This document shows, in pieces, positions 41,778 through 52,322 of a stretch of 64,000 nt of DNA. Position 1 is the stretch's first letter. The number at the start of each line of letters is the position of its first letter. A program made the translations under genes and the position numbers. This DNA is from Methanobacteriota archaeon (GTDB taxonomy: Archaea > Thermoplasmatota > E2 > DHVEG-1). Under the pieces are notes generated by a model. The model was given only the letters and a program-made list of their open reading frames with translations. It had not been told where the DNA came from and searched no databases. Location of the stretch: contig CAVYNH010000007.1 of NCBI GenBank assembly GCA_963769885.1, positions 320,001 to 384,000 of the forward strand, read 5' to 3'.

Positions 41778-42671
41778 GTGTATCTGGTGTCAGAGAGCCC
41801 GCCCAAAAAAAAGGAAGACCTCGAGCAAATCAAGAATGCGGAGAAGAAGTACCAAGCTCTCATCGACAAACGAAACGAACTCAACGCCTTAGCGAAACTC
41901 TCCCGCGACGAACGCGACATGCTCAACCAAAAACGCAAGGAACTCCGCGACGCCATGGACGTCTGCAAGACCGAGCGCGACAAGCTCGTCAAACAAATGA
42001 AGGAACATAAGGAGAAACGCACCCGGTACCAACAGCAAGCAAAAGACCTCATCACCGCGAAACGCAAGAAAAAAGGCGACGTCATCAAGAACCTCCCACT
42101 TCAAGCCGAGGAACTCAAAGCCGACATCCAGCTCCTCGAATACGAGCAAGAAACCACACCTATGGACACCCGCGCCGAGAACAAGCTCATCGACAAAATC
42201 AAGCTAAAACGCCGCGAATACAAAGCCCTCAAAGTGCAACTCGAAAAACAGCACCTCATCGAAACCGACCTCTCCGACGTCGACAAGGCTATCACCGACC
42301 TCTTCAAGAAGGCAGACGAAGAGCACAAACAAGTCGTCCACTTCTACGAAGCAAGCCAAAAGAAGCACGAGGAGTTCCTCAAAGTCGTCAACGAAATCGC
42401 CACCCTCATCACCGAATCCAACAAGAAACACAAACAATACATGGAAATCAAAGACGAGGCGCAAAGCAACCACGACAAAGCCTTCGAGATGCGCTCCAAA
42501 ATCATCGGGGCCAAGAAAGAGCGGATGCAGCGCTTCCAGGAGGCCAGGGAGATCCTCCGAAACCAAAACATCCTGGCAAAAAAGGCGCTCACCGACGAAA
42601 CCAAACTCGACAAGGCCGCCGAAGACTCCGTCACAGCCCTCAAGAACGGCAAAAAGATCTCCCTCACGTAA
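41778..42671 (+). CDS. archaeal coiled-coil protein (COG1340-like), paralog 1
   Basis: KRNELN...RD.LN heptads, E.EQET.P, A...H, terminal GKKISL. Confidence 0.78.
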   Translation: MYLVSESPPKKKEDLEQIKNAEKKYQALIDKRNELNALAKLSRDERDMLNQKRKELRDAMDVCKTERDKLVKQMKEHKEKRTRYQQQAKDLITAKRKKKGDVIKNLPLQAEELKADIQLLEYEQETTPMDTRAENKLIDKIKLKRREYKALKVQLEKQHLIETDLSDVDKAITDLFKKADEEHKQVVHFYEASQKKHEEFLKVVNEIATLITESNKKHKQYMEIKDEAQSNHDKAFEMRSKIIGAKKERMQRFQEAREILRNQNILAKKALTDETKLDKAAEDSVTALKNGKKISLT

Positions 42672-42755
42672 TCTCCCCCCTTCTTTTATCGACAGTTGCC
42701 GAATCCTGAGCGGTACCTTTAAGTACTATTTTTTATTTGCCAATCAAGGTTCAAT

Positions 42756-43805
42756 ATGGAAAAAATCGGAATTGTCAGTTATGGAGCCTACATCCCCCGC
42801 TATCGGATCAAAGCCGAGGTCATCGCCTCGGTCTGGGGCAAAGACGGCCAGGCCATCAGCAAAGGCCTCGGCGTCAACGAAAAATCCGTCCCCTCCATAG
42901 ACGAGGATACCGCAACCATCAGCGTCGAGGCAGCCCGAGCTGCCCTCCGACGCTGCCAGATCAACCCCCAAGACATCGGCGCAATCTACGTCGGCAGCGA
43001 ATCACACCCTTATGCAGTCAAACCCACCGGCACCATCGTCGCCGAAGCCATCAGCGCGACCCCGATGGTCATGGTCGCGGACTACGAGTTCGCCTGCAAG
43101 GCAGGGACCGCTGCAATCCAAACCTGCGCCGGTTTCGTCGCCGCTGGCATGATTGATTACGGGTTCGCCATCGGGGCAGACACTTCTCAGGCCGCGCCCG
43201 GCGATGCCCTCGAATATACCGCATCCGCGGGCGGTGCAGCATTCCTTATTGGAAAGAAAAATGTGATCACGACGATAAATCATACGCTCTCGTACACTAC
43301 GGATACTCCTGATTTCTGGCGTCGCGCTGAAATGAAATACCCTTCCCATGGTGGTCGATTCACCGGCGAGCCCGCCTACTTCAAACACATCACGAACTGC
43401 GCCATAGCCCTGATGCAGAAAGCAAAGACCCGCCCAGAGGACTACACCTATGCGGTATTCCATCAGCCCAATGGTAAGTTCCCCCTCAATGTCGCAAAGA
43501 AACTCGGGTTCACCCCCGAACAGGTCAAACAAGGCCTCCTTGTCCCCTATATTGGGAACACCTATTCCGGGGCATCTATGGTCGGGCTCGCCTCCGTCCT
43601 GGATGTCGCCAAACCAGGGGATCGGATTTTCATGACCAGCTATGGATCGGGAGCCGGCAGCGATGGATTCGATTTCACGGTCACTGACGAGATCTCCTCC
43701 CTCGCCCGTCACAAGGCGCCGACCGTAGCGGAATTGGTTGAGCATAAGAAGTACATCGATTACGGTACATATTCAAAAATCACCAAATTGCTCTTTTTGG
43801 AGTGA
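42756..43805 (+). CDS. hydroxymethylglutaryl-CoA synthase
   Basis: [42 protein letters not shown]. Confidence 0.96.
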   Translation: MEKIGIVSYGAYIPRYRIKAEVIASVWGKDGQAISKGLGVNEKSVPSIDEDTATISVEAARAALRRCQINPQDIGAIYVGSESHPYAVKPTGTIVAEAISATPMVMVADYEFACKAGTAAIQTCAGFVAAGMIDYGFAIGADTSQAAPGDALEYTASAGGAAFLIGKKNVITTINHTLSYTTDTPDFWRRAEMKYPSHGGRFTGEPAYFKHITNCAIALMQKAKTRPEDYTYAVFHQPNGKFPLNVAKKLGFTPEQVKQGLLVPYIGNTYSGASMVGLASVLDVAKPGDRIFMTSYGSGAGSDGFDFTVTDEISSLARHKAPTVAELVEHKKYIDYGTYSKITKLLFLE

Positions 43806-43812
43806 TGCAAAT

Positions 43813-44979
43813 ATGAGAGATGTAGTAGTTATCGGAGTCGGGTTGACGAAATTCGGAGAACACTGGGACCGCAGTTTCCGTCAGCTCATCGCAGAAGCCG
43901 GCTCGAAGGCAATCCTTGACGCCGGCATCGAAGGCAAAGACATCGACGCCATGTATGTTGGGTCTATGAGCTCCGGTCGGTTCGTCGATCAGGAACACGT
44001 CGGAGCATTGGTCGCAGAGGTCTCCGGCTTCTCCCAAATGCATATCCCCGCAACTCGAGTCGAAGGCGCCTGTGCCTCAGGTGGTCTCGCGGTCCGAGAG
44101 GGATTCCTGTCGATCGCCTCCGGGATGAATGACGTGGTTGTCGTCGGCGGCATCGAGAAAATGAGTGATGTCGGCGGCACCGCTGCAACCGAGACCCTCG
44201 CCACCGCCGCTGACCAAGAATGGGAGGCATTCTTCGGGGCGACATTTCCGGGGATTTACGCGATGATCGCCACGCGCCATATGCATGAATATGGGACGAC
44301 CCGGGAGCAGCTCGCGCAAGTCGCGGTGAAGAACCATGCCAACGGGGCGCTGAACCCCTATGCCCAGTATCAATCCCCAATCAGCTTGGAATCGGTGCTC
44401 CGGGCGACGATGGTGGCTTATCCGTTGGGTTTGATGGATTGCTCTCCGGTCAGCGACGGGGCGGCTTCGATTGTGTTGTGCGCTGCGGAGAAGGCGAAGA
44501 AGTACACAGACAAACTCGTGCGCATCGCTGCATCGGGACAGGCCTCTGATACCCTCGCGCTCCATGCGCGACGGGATTTATGCACGCTTGATGCAACTGT
44601 GCACGCGGCCCGAATGGCGTACAAGCAGGCGAAGGTCACGGCTAAGCAGATTGATTTCGCTGAGGTCCATGATTGCTTCACCATCGCGGAGATCTGCGCG
44701 GTCGAGGATCTCGGCTTCGTAGAGAAAGGCCAGGGAGGTCATGCGATTGAGAACGAGATCACGACGTTGAAAGGGTCCCTGCCAGTGAACACCAGCGGAG
44801 GCTTGAAAGCGAAGGGCCACCCCGTCGGCGCAACAGGCGTCGCTCAGATCGTGGAGGTGGTGTTGCAGCTGCGCGGCGACGCCGGCAAGCGGCAAGTAAA
44901 GGATGCGAAACGAGGCTTGGCCCATAACGTCGGCGGCTCAGGTGCCACCTGCGCCGTTCATATCCTGGAGGCGATGTAG
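43813..44979 (+). CDS. acetoacetyl-CoA thiolase (archaeal)
   Basis: [34 protein letters not shown]. Confidence 0.95.
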   Translation: MRDVVVIGVGLTKFGEHWDRSFRQLIAEAGSKAILDAGIEGKDIDAMYVGSMSSGRFVDQEHVGALVAEVSGFSQMHIPATRVEGACASGGLAVREGFLSIASGMNDVVVVGGIEKMSDVGGTAATETLATAADQEWEAFFGATFPGIYAMIATRHMHEYGTTREQLAQVAVKNHANGALNPYAQYQSPISLESVLRATMVAYPLGLMDCSPVSDGAASIVLCAAEKAKKYTDKLVRIAASGQASDTLALHARRDLCTLDATVHAARMAYKQAKVTAKQIDFAEVHDCFTIAEICAVEDLGFVEKGQGGHAIENEITTLKGSLPVNTSGGLKAKGHPVGATGVAQIVEVVLQLRGDAGKRQVKDAKRGLAHNVGGSGATCAVHILEAM

Positions 44980-44980
44980 A

Positions 44981-45388
44981 ATGAAAGAAGGCGTTGCCCG
45001 GTTCTGGCGAGAGATCCCCCAGCGGTACAACTTCATAGCGAATACCTGTAGCTCCTGCGAGCGAATATTCTTCCCACCCCGTGAGTCGTGCCCCTATTGC
45101 CGGCGTAAGAGCATGGGGAAGATGAAGGAATGCCAGCTCTCCGGCCGCGGAGAGGTTGTCTCTTATACAGTGATCCATGTGGGTCCGGAGGATTTTGAAG
45201 AACAGGTCCCGTACCCGATCGCGATCATTCAGCTCGAGGAAGGCCCGCGAGTCACAGGGCAGATCGTGGACTGTGAGCCCGATGATGTTAAGATTGGCCT
45301 GAAAGTCGAGAGCACCTTCCGCAAGATCCAGCAGGACGGCCTCACCGGCGCCATCTATTACGGCTATAAATTCAAAAAAGCAAGATAA
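44981..45388 (+). CDS. DUF35 Zn-ribbon/OB-fold scaffold of the thiolase-HMGCS complex
   Basis: C..C....FPPR..CP.C, OB fold, YGYKF; third gene of the cluster. Confidence 0.93.
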   Translation: MKEGVARFWREIPQRYNFIANTCSSCERIFFPPRESCPYCRRKSMGKMKECQLSGRGEVVSYTVIHVGPEDFEEQVPYPIAIIQLEEGPRVTGQIVDCEPDDVKIGLKVESTFRKIQQDGLTGAIYYGYKFKKAR

Positions 45389-45392
45389 GACC

Positions 45393-45467
45393 GTCTTTTT
45401 TTCCTTTTTTTATTCTTTCTTAACTCTGTTTTATAGCTGAGAAAAAGGAAAAAGAAAAAAGGGGGGG
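45393..45467. terminator. bidirectional T-tract terminator region between convergent genes
   Basis: T runs on + after 45388; A runs (T on -) before 45479. Confidence 0.5.
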
Positions 45468-45478
45468 ACGCCTGGTTG

Positions 45479-48400
45479 TTAGGCGTCAATGGGGACTGGT
45501 GAGCTCCACTCGGGGCTGTAGACGACGAGGCTTGGGTCGCCGTAGATGACCTGGATGGAGGAGACCGTCATGCTTGCGGGGCCATACATCGAGGTTGGGT
45601 CACCGGTCGTGAAGTCACGGTAGTGGAGCCAGACTTGGTCAGCGAAGGCTTCACCGATAGAAACGCCGTGTAACAGCGTGAGTTTGAAGACTTCGTCGTC
45701 TCCAATGTCTGCTTCTGGACACAGGCCGGTGTTCCCGTTCCCATACCAGATGGCTGCCCCATGATCCATGAAGACCAGAGGCCCATCACCGTCACCAGTC
45801 GTACAGGACATATAGAAGACCACGTTGCTGTGGAGGTTGTCGAAGTACTGGTCCACCCATTTGTAGTGGATGAGGTCGTAGAGCTCAGGTGGCTCCGGGT
45901 TGAACCAGGTCCAGCCGCCGTCTCGTGGGGTCTTCCACGCATCATACATGTAGCCGCGCCAGCCATCCCACCAGACTTGGTCCGGGTAGGTCGAGTAGTT
46001 GGTCTGGGGATACATCGAGGACATGCCACTACCGCCAGTCCCATGGCCGGAGTAATAATACACGCTGGCGCCGTTGTTCATTAGGGCGATGAAGGGAGCC
46101 CAGAAGCTGTGTCCTTCATAGGTCCTGAGGTGGGAGGCGAAGGTGTTTTTCACCACTCGAGAGGAGTATGCCGGATAGCTATGATGGTCGTTGAGTGTGA
46201 AGGATGTCCCATCGGGGAAGTTCATGAGTGTGGTTGTTGTGGTGTTTCTTCCTGGGTTCGCGTAGATCAGTGCGGGGTAAAGGATGTCTCTGACGACGAT
46301 GTCGCTGGAGTAGGCGGGGGTGATGCCAGGGATGTCTCCCGCGTAGGAGTTGTTGCCCATGAGCAAGGAGTGCAGCTCCATGTTGATGTCGTTGCGTGGG
46401 GCGACCACGGCGTACGCTTCTTTGCCGGTGCGGTCAAGCCCAAGGCTTGTTATATAGCCATGGGTTTCGTTGAACATCTCCTCGTTCCAGTAGCGTTTTG
46501 CGTCCATGCCGAGTGGCGGCAGGGAACTGAAGTTAGTCTTGTTGAGAAGGAACTTCAGGAAGGTGAACATCAACTTCAGGCGGTTCTGATCAACTGGCGC
46601 GGAGGCTTCAGGCATGTGGCCGTTGGCGCGGGAACCGTGGTAGTAGTCCCCGTCCCAGCGCTGCCAGGCTTCGATCCGCTCCGCGATTGCGGCGGGGTCG
46701 CCGTCGGGGCAATCCTCGACGCGGATGACGGGGGCGCCGTGGTAGGCCGCGAGCATCGCCGCGGGGGCTGCGTATCCATCCCCCGTCTTTAACGAGGTCA
46801 CTACGATGTAGTTCTCAGAGGTGGCGGTGTTGCCCTTGATTTCGTCGACGATGTCCTTCATGATTTTGAGGTCCTTGTCGATTGGAAGACTGCCGCGGAC
46901 TCCGGCGCCGATGTTGTTGCGTTCCACGAAGATAACCTTCGTAACTCCAAGTGTGGTGAACGCGCTCGCGGTCGCCGCGGGGACGCTATTCTTTGTGACG
47001 TAGAGCAATGGGTAGTGATTCAGTGAGGCGATCACGGCGGCGTTCGCTGCGGAGATTGCGGCGTCAGCGCGGTCAGCGTTGATGGTCCGGACGGTGGTCG
47101 TGAGGGTATATTTTACGTTGGCACCGGTTGGGTTCCGTGGGACGACGATGACGGTCCACCGTCCCTTTTCAGGATGCAGGACTTGGGCGCTGAACTGGGT
47201 ATGGGGTGCGGGGTTCCAGCATCTCCATGGGTTCACCGCTGGGTTTTCCAGGCCGTTCCATACATGGACTGGGTTGACGGGCCCGTTCCAGGCTGGTGGG
47301 ATCGGCTGGCGCAGGTTTCCCTGTGGGTCAACGAGGAAGACCATCAGGTCAGCCGCCGTGTCGGTGGTGACGGTTGCGGTGAGGACAGCGTCATTGGGGC
47401 TGACTTTGACGTGGTAGCGGTCTCCTTCGAACTTGGTGACGGTAAGCTTGTCGTAGAGGGCGGTGTTGAGGCCGCTGAGGGCTGACCAGAAGCCAGCGCG
47501 AGTGATGGGCATGTAGATGTCGCTCGCGTCGCCGTGGCCGTCATAGGGGACGGGCCAGTCGTCTGAGGCAATAGAGATATACTTGGGGAACACCTGGGTG
47601 AGCATCGCGCCGGCGTCGTTTCCGTTGGTGGTGATGATGCCGGAGCAGTTGACCGCAATGGCACCCCACTTGGGTCCAATGAACGCCATGTAGCCGAAGC
47701 CGCTCTTCAGGACTGGGTCATCGTTCTCGATAACCTTGACGTCAACATTCCTGGTGAGGGTCTTTGTCTTCTTCAGCACGGTGCGGGTCGTGTCTTTGTA
47801 GCCGCTCCCGTCGACGGCGACGACCGCGGTCTGCGAGGAGTTCCAGCCGTGGATAGCGATGTCGGCCGCTGCCTGGATGGGGTCTGAGAGGACCGTGTAC
47901 TGAGTCGCGTTCTTCCCATACAAAGCCAGGTAGGCGTTCCAGTCGTTGACGAGGTACTGAGTGGTGTCGTCGACGACGCCGAAGCTGGTCGTGTCGTCGT
48001 AGTAAGCGGTGGGGGTCTGATCACCGGAATAGACGATGGGGGCGACGTAGCGCATGCCACCGGAGATGTAGTTGCAGGCGGGGATTGATGCGAAGTAGCC
48101 GTATTCATCGCTGCTGCCAGAGGCGTTGTTGGGGATGATGAAGGTCTTAGCGATCGGCGTAATTTGAGGCTCAGGAATTGATGAGTATGGCGGCGTCCCT
48201 GAGGATTTGAGGGTGAGGGTGAGGTTGTAGGGCCCGGAGCCGTAGGAGTAGTATTTCCATTCGGTTGGGTGGGGGCAGTCGACCCAGCCGGGGAAGATGT
48301 CGATGCGGGCGTACCAGTAGCCGGTCTCGTTGGCTTGGTAGTCGAAGGCGTCGTCAAGATATGCACGGCTGTAGTAGACGAGGGCGCCGGTGGTGTTATA

Positions 48401-49201
48401 GAGGCTGGCGTCGAAATCGGTGAGGTAGGCGAGGGTTTTCATGGTGAGGCTGAGGTTGATGTACTGCCCGGAGGTGACCTGGAATTTGTACCAGTCGTAG
48501 GAGTCATTCATATCCAGCCAGCCGTTGATGGTGCCGGGGGTAATAGGCCAAGCGCCGCTGCGGATGTTGCTGACGTCGCCGTTGCTGTTAGCATCGTTTT
48601 GGGTTAGCATATTGGCGCTAAAGTGGTATTGTCCCTGTCCGGTGCCGTTGATAAAGCGGAAGATCACGTAGATCTTCGAGACCTGGGGCGCGGTGTAGAG
48701 GAGGTCTTCTGTCGCGGACCCAGGGAGGGTGGAGTTCTGGAGGAGATTGCCGCTAGCGTCGTAGAGGCCGGCGTCGAAGTTGAAGCTGCTGGGCGGCGTC
48801 ATGGTGATGTGGATTTGCTGGCCTTTTGCGATACGGATGGAGTAGCAATCGGCGAGGTCTGTGGGGGATAGTTTCCCGCTACGGCCGCGGCCTGAGGTAT
48901 TGTCGATGAGTTCGCCCACATAGATGACTGTGGCGTGGGCAATGTCATTTCCGGCGTCGCGTTTCCATCCGGCGTCGTCGTTGTCCCCGGTGTTGGTGGA
49001 GGCGGGGTTATCGTCGCGCAGGATATAGCTGCGGTCGAGGACGAATGGTCCGTCGCTGTCAAAGCTATAATAAGGCCCGTTGGTGGTTGAGGGCGTGGCG
49101 TGGTGTGATCCTGCGGGCATGATGAATCCGGTGCCCAGCAGGATGAAACAAAGCATAGCTGCTTCTATTATTGTTTTTATGGAATTGCGTTTATAAACCA
49201 T
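45479..49201 (-). CDS. 1240-aa secreted multidomain protein: PPC-like domains plus C-terminal C25-like peptidase domain
   Basis: Signal peptide; DAG.D/D.Y...G..I....D..LY modules; YYSGHG, FYMSC, terminal YGDP. Confidence 0.7.
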   Translation of the reverse strand: MVYKRNSIKTIIEAAMLCFILLGTGFIMPAGSHHATPSTTNGPYYSFDSDGPFVLDRSYILRDDNPASTNTGDNDDAGWKRDAGNDIAHATVIYVGELIDNTSGRGRSGKLSPTDLADCYSIRIAKGQQIHITMTPPSSFNFDAGLYDASGNLLQNSTLPGSATEDLLYTAPQVSKIYVIFRFINGTGQGQYHFSANMLTQNDANSNGDVSNIRSGAWPITPGTINGWLDMNDSYDWYKFQVTSGQYINLSLTMKTLAYLTDFDASLYNTTGALVYYSRAYLDDAFDYQANETGYWYARIDIFPGWVDCPHPTEWKYYSYGSGPYNLTLTLKSSGTPPYSSIPEPQITPIAKTFIIPNNASGSSDEYGYFASIPACNYISGGMRYVAPIVYSGDQTPTAYYDDTTSFGVVDDTTQYLVNDWNAYLALYGKNATQYTVLSDPIQAAADIAIHGWNSSQTAVVAVDGSGYKDTTRTVLKKTKTLTRNVDVKVIENDDPVLKSGFGYMAFIGPKWGAIAVNCSGIITTNGNDAGAMLTQVFPKYISIASDDWPVPYDGHGDASDIYMPITRAGFWSALSGLNTALYDKLTVTKFEGDRYHVKVSPNDAVLTATVTTDTAADLMVFLVDPQGNLRQPIPPAWNGPVNPVHVWNGLENPAVNPWRCWNPAPHTQFSAQVLHPEKGRWTVIVVPRNPTGANVKYTLTTTVRTINADRADAAISAANAAVIASLNHYPLLYVTKNSVPAATASAFTTLGVTKVIFVERNNIGAGVRGSLPIDKDLKIMKDIVDEIKGNTATSENYIVVTSLKTGDGYAAPAAMLAAYHGAPVIRVEDCPDGDPAAIAERIEAWQRWDGDYYHGSRANGHMPEASAPVDQNRLKLMFTFLKFLLNKTNFSSLPPLGMDAKRYWNEEMFNETHGYITSLGLDRTGKEAYAVVAPRNDINMELHSLLMGNNSYAGDIPGITPAYSSDIVVRDILYPALIYANPGRNTTTTTLMNFPDGTSFTLNDHHSYPAYSSRVVKNTFASHLRTYEGHSFWAPFIALMNNGASVYYYSGHGTGGSGMSSMYPQTNYSTYPDQVWWDGWRGYMYDAWKTPRDGGWTWFNPEPPELYDLIHYKWVDQYFDNLHSNVVFYMSCTTGDGDGPLVFMDHGAAIWYGNGNTGLCPEADIGDDEVFKLTLLHGVSIGEAFADQVWLHYRDFTTGDPTSMYGPASMTVSSIQVIYGDPSLVVYSPEWSSPVPIDA

Positions 49202-49353
49202 GGTTGACCCCCTTTTTATTCATAATATATGTAACGACTATATATAAATTTCTATGTGTTTTTTTGTACGTTTTCGTGGAGGATGGCTGGGGCAATTATG
49301 TTTATTAATCCATGAGAGTTTGAAGGTTGTCACTGGTGCTGGAGGGATGTCGG

Positions 49354-50052
49354 ATGGCTGCGGCGTGGGCGTCGTTGGCGGTGTTGGTCGGTTTTTTTGT
49401 GGCGGTCGCGTATCTCATGTTCTTGATTGTGCGGCGAGCGTTTCGGTCGATGGGGTTTACGACGCTAGAGGCAGTGATGATCGTCGGGGCGTCGTTTCTT
49501 TTGGGGTATGGGATCTTGGATGGGGTGGTGGGGGTGCCGTTGTCGGCGTTGCCGTTGTTCTCGTATGGGTCGTCGTGGGTGGTCGCGGTGAATGTGGGAG
49601 GCGCGGTGGTCCCGGTGGTGCTGAGCGGGTATTTGATTATTAAGTATCGGTTATCGGCGGGGCTGGTGGCGCTAGGCGTGATGCTGGTGGGTGTGGCCGC
49701 GTTTGTGGTGACGGCGCCGGATCCGCAGCGGGGGATCGTGGCGGGGTTCCCGTGGTGGCTGGCGCCGGTAGTGGTGGCGAGCCTCGGCTCAGTGGTGTTG
49801 ATGCGTGGGAGGGAGGAGCGGGCGGCGCCGTTGGCGTACGTAATCGGGGTCTGTGGGGTGTTGGTGGGGGCGGACGTGGTGCATCTGGTGAGTCTGCTGC
49901 AGATGCCGGTGGAGGGGGTGCGGACGGCGGTAATCGGGGGGGCGAGTGTGTTTGATATGGTGTTTACGACGGGGTTGTTGGCGGTCCTGCTGGATGGTCT
50001 ATTGGTGGTGCAGCGGGGGAAGAAGAAGGAGGAAGAGGTGGGGTCTGGTTAG
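49354..50052 (+). CDS. DUF1614 membrane protein
   Basis: AVNVGGA..P, AAPLAY..G..G.L.GAD..HL, IGGA.VFD..F..G. Confidence 0.88.
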   Translation: MAAAWASLAVLVGFFVAVAYLMFLIVRRAFRSMGFTTLEAVMIVGASFLLGYGILDGVVGVPLSALPLFSYGSSWVVAVNVGGAVVPVVLSGYLIIKYRLSAGLVALGVMLVGVAAFVVTAPDPQRGIVAGFPWWLAPVVVASLGSVVLMRGREERAAPLAYVIGVCGVLVGADVVHLVSLLQMPVEGVRTAVIGGASVFDMVFTTGLLAVLLDGLLVVQRGKKKEEEVGSG

Positions 50053-50525
50053 TGGTGGTGTGGCCCGTGTCTCATGCCCCAGGGGGCCCACATGGCGCCC
50101 ATGATGCCGCCGAAGAGAAGGATGGCGATGATGAGGATCGCGATGTTTTGGTAGATTGAGTAGCCGCCAGCGTAGAAGAAGAACCAGTAGATGAGGCCGA
50201 CGAGGATGGCGACGACGATGACCCCGGAGGCCCAGGTGCGCCAGCGGAACCCGGACTGCATCCATTGGTCGCGGTCTTTGTCTCTCCAGAAGCGTCTACT
50301 CCATATCGCCCAGGGGACGCCGAGGATAAAGAAGAGGACTAGGAGGGAGGCGAGGATGATGGCCACGTTCTGGTAGCCGTTGTATTTGGTGGCGTAGAAG
50401 AACAGCCAGATGATGATGAAGATGAGCCAGCCGACGGCGACAGCGATCGAAAGGGAAACCCGCCAGCCCATGCCTTCCATGGGTGGGGGTGTGATGGCAG
50501 CCTTGGGCTCCTCTGAGGGTTGCAT
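50049..50525 (-). CDS. membrane protein with an internal two-fold repeat
   Basis: Two copies of WR...S......W.FFYA..Y..YQN.AI.......W..W. Confidence 0.7.
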   Translation of the reverse strand: MQPSEEPKAAITPPPMEGMGWRVSLSIAVAVGWLIFIIIWLFFYATKYNGYQNVAIILASLLVLFFILGVPWAIWSRRFWRDKDRDQWMQSGFRWRTWASGVIVVAILVGLIYWFFFYAGGYSIYQNIAILIIAILLFGGIMGAMWAPWGMRHGPHHH

Positions 50526-50735
50526 GGTTCTGACCTCACCAGGCCTCCCTCATGGCCATGCCGGTATTTAAATCTACCATGCGGGATGATGCCAGGGTGG
50601 ATGCCGGCGGGGTGGCCGGGGGAGGTTCGAGGGTTGGAGCCGGGAGGCTCAGCGGCGGCGTCTTCTGGGGTCGAGCCAACAAACTTTTTAAATAACCGGT
50701 ATATTTTACCCGTCAAGTTTTTCCTGAGGCAGACA

Positions 50736-51773
50736 ATGGACGAAGAACCTACTGAGCCCGCCGAACCCGTTGAACCGACCGCGCCTCCCGAGGCTACGGA
50801 GGCCAGCGACCAGCCTGATGAATCGACCGAGTCTTCTGAAGAGCCCACGGAGCAGACCGAGCCAGAATCCCCAGAGGCCGAAGTGGAGGCGGAGGCCGCG
50901 GAGCCGACCGAGAGCATCGAGTCGATGCTCAAGACCAAGGACGAGCTGCAGGTCCGCGCCAACGAGCTGAAACGCAGCCGCGACGAGCTCCACGAGAAAT
51001 CCAAGAAGATGGCCAAGGAACGCGACGAGATCAACGCCAAAGTCCGCCAACTGCGCAACGAGATCAACGACCATAAGAAGAAGCGCGACGAGTACAACGA
51101 GCGCGTCAAGCACGCCAAGGAACAACGCACCGAGTTCACCAAAGGCCACATCGACCTGAAAAAACAGATCAAGGAGCTGGAGAAAGACCGGGTTCAAAGC
51201 TCCGGCGTCAACCTCAACGAACTCAAACAACAACTCAGGAAGATGGAAAACGAGCACATGACCCAGCCGATGACGCCCCAGAAGGAGAAAAAGTTCATCG
51301 ACACCATGAAGGAGCTGCACCACAAGATCAAGTCCCAGGAGGAGACCCTCAACAAGGACCCCAAGCTCAAAAAGGCAATCGACGAGGAAAAACTCCTCAA
51401 ACAAAAAGCCGAAAAAGCCCACGATACCGTCGAGAAGCTCGCCAAGAAAGCCCAGGAAGAACACCAGGCCATGATCGACCTGCTCCAACAACTCGACAAA
51501 TACGTCAAACGCACCACCGAAATCCAGGAGAACATCGTCATCAGCAAGATCGAGGCCGACAAGATCCACAAAGACTTCATCGACCACGTCAACCGGATTC
51601 ACGAACTAGAAAAAACCATTTCCACCACCGAAAAGAAAAAAGAAAAAAAGAAAAAACTCGCGGACGTCACCGCCGCCCAACGCGAGGCGGACAAGATCTT
51701 CGAACGCTTCAAGCGCGGCGAAAAACTCAGCACCGAAGACCTCATGGTCCTCCAAAAAGCAGGACTACTCTAA
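50736..51773 (+). CDS. archaeal coiled-coil protein (COG1340-like), paralog 2, acidic N-tail
   Basis: RDEL/RDEIN heptads, E..H.T..M...KE, terminal FKRGEKLSTEDL..LQ. Confidence 0.82.
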   Translation: MDEEPTEPAEPVEPTAPPEATEASDQPDESTESSEEPTEQTEPESPEAEVEAEAAEPTESIESMLKTKDELQVRANELKRSRDELHEKSKKMAKERDEINAKVRQLRNEINDHKKKRDEYNERVKHAKEQRTEFTKGHIDLKKQIKELEKDRVQSSGVNLNELKQQLRKMENEHMTQPMTPQKEKKFIDTMKELHHKIKSQEETLNKDPKLKKAIDEEKLLKQKAEKAHDTVEKLAKKAQEEHQAMIDLLQQLDKYVKRTTEIQENIVISKIEADKIHKDFIDHVNRIHELEKTISTTEKKKEKKKKLADVTAAQREADKIFERFKRGEKLSTEDLMVLQKAGLL

Positions 51774-51832
51774 CCCCACCACCCACTCCCCGCCATTTCC
51801 CCTTTCACAATCACCGGTAAGAGGAGAACCGC

Positions 51833-52318
51833 ATGCCCTGCGAACTCTGCGGAAAAGAAACCAAAGGCTGCAAACTCGCCATCATCGACGGCGCCAAGAT
51901 CCGCGTCTGCCCCGACTGCCTCAAATACGCCGAAGGCGTCCCCGAAGAAGCCAAACCCACCCCACCACCAGTCCAACGCTTCATCACCCACCGAACCCGC
52001 CAGACCAAACCCCGCGACATCTACAAAGACATCAACAAAGACCTCATCCCCGGCTGGAACCACAAAATCGAAGACGCCCGCAAACGCAAAGGCCTCACCC
52101 GCCAAGAACTCGGCTTCCGCATCGGCGAACGCACCGTCACCATCCAAAAAATCGAAAACGGCGACCTCCGACCCAGCGACCAAACCATCACCAAACTCGA
52201 AAAAGAACTCCAAATCAAACTCCTCGAAGAACCCACCGCCGACGACAAGACCACCACCCCCGCCACCACACCAACCAGCACCTACACCCTCGGCGACTTC
52301 ATCAAAACCAAAGACTAA
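51833..52318 (+). CDS. mbf1: archaeal multiprotein bridging factor aMBF1
   Basis: CELCG...VC.DC Zn ribbon, HTH (GLT..EL...I.KIE.G.L.P), TLGD. Confidence 0.93.
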   Translation: MPCELCGKETKGCKLAIIDGAKIRVCPDCLKYAEGVPEEAKPTPPPVQRFITHRTRQTKPRDIYKDINKDLIPGWNHKIEDARKRKGLTRQELGFRIGERTVTIQKIENGDLRPSDQTITKLEKELQIKLLEEPTADDKTTTPATTPTSTYTLGDFIKTKD

Positions 52319-52322
52319 AAAA

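Noticed and set aside
42756-45388. HMGCS-thiolase-DUF35 cluster as a novel system
   Set aside because: Well-established conserved archaeal mevalonate-pathway complex
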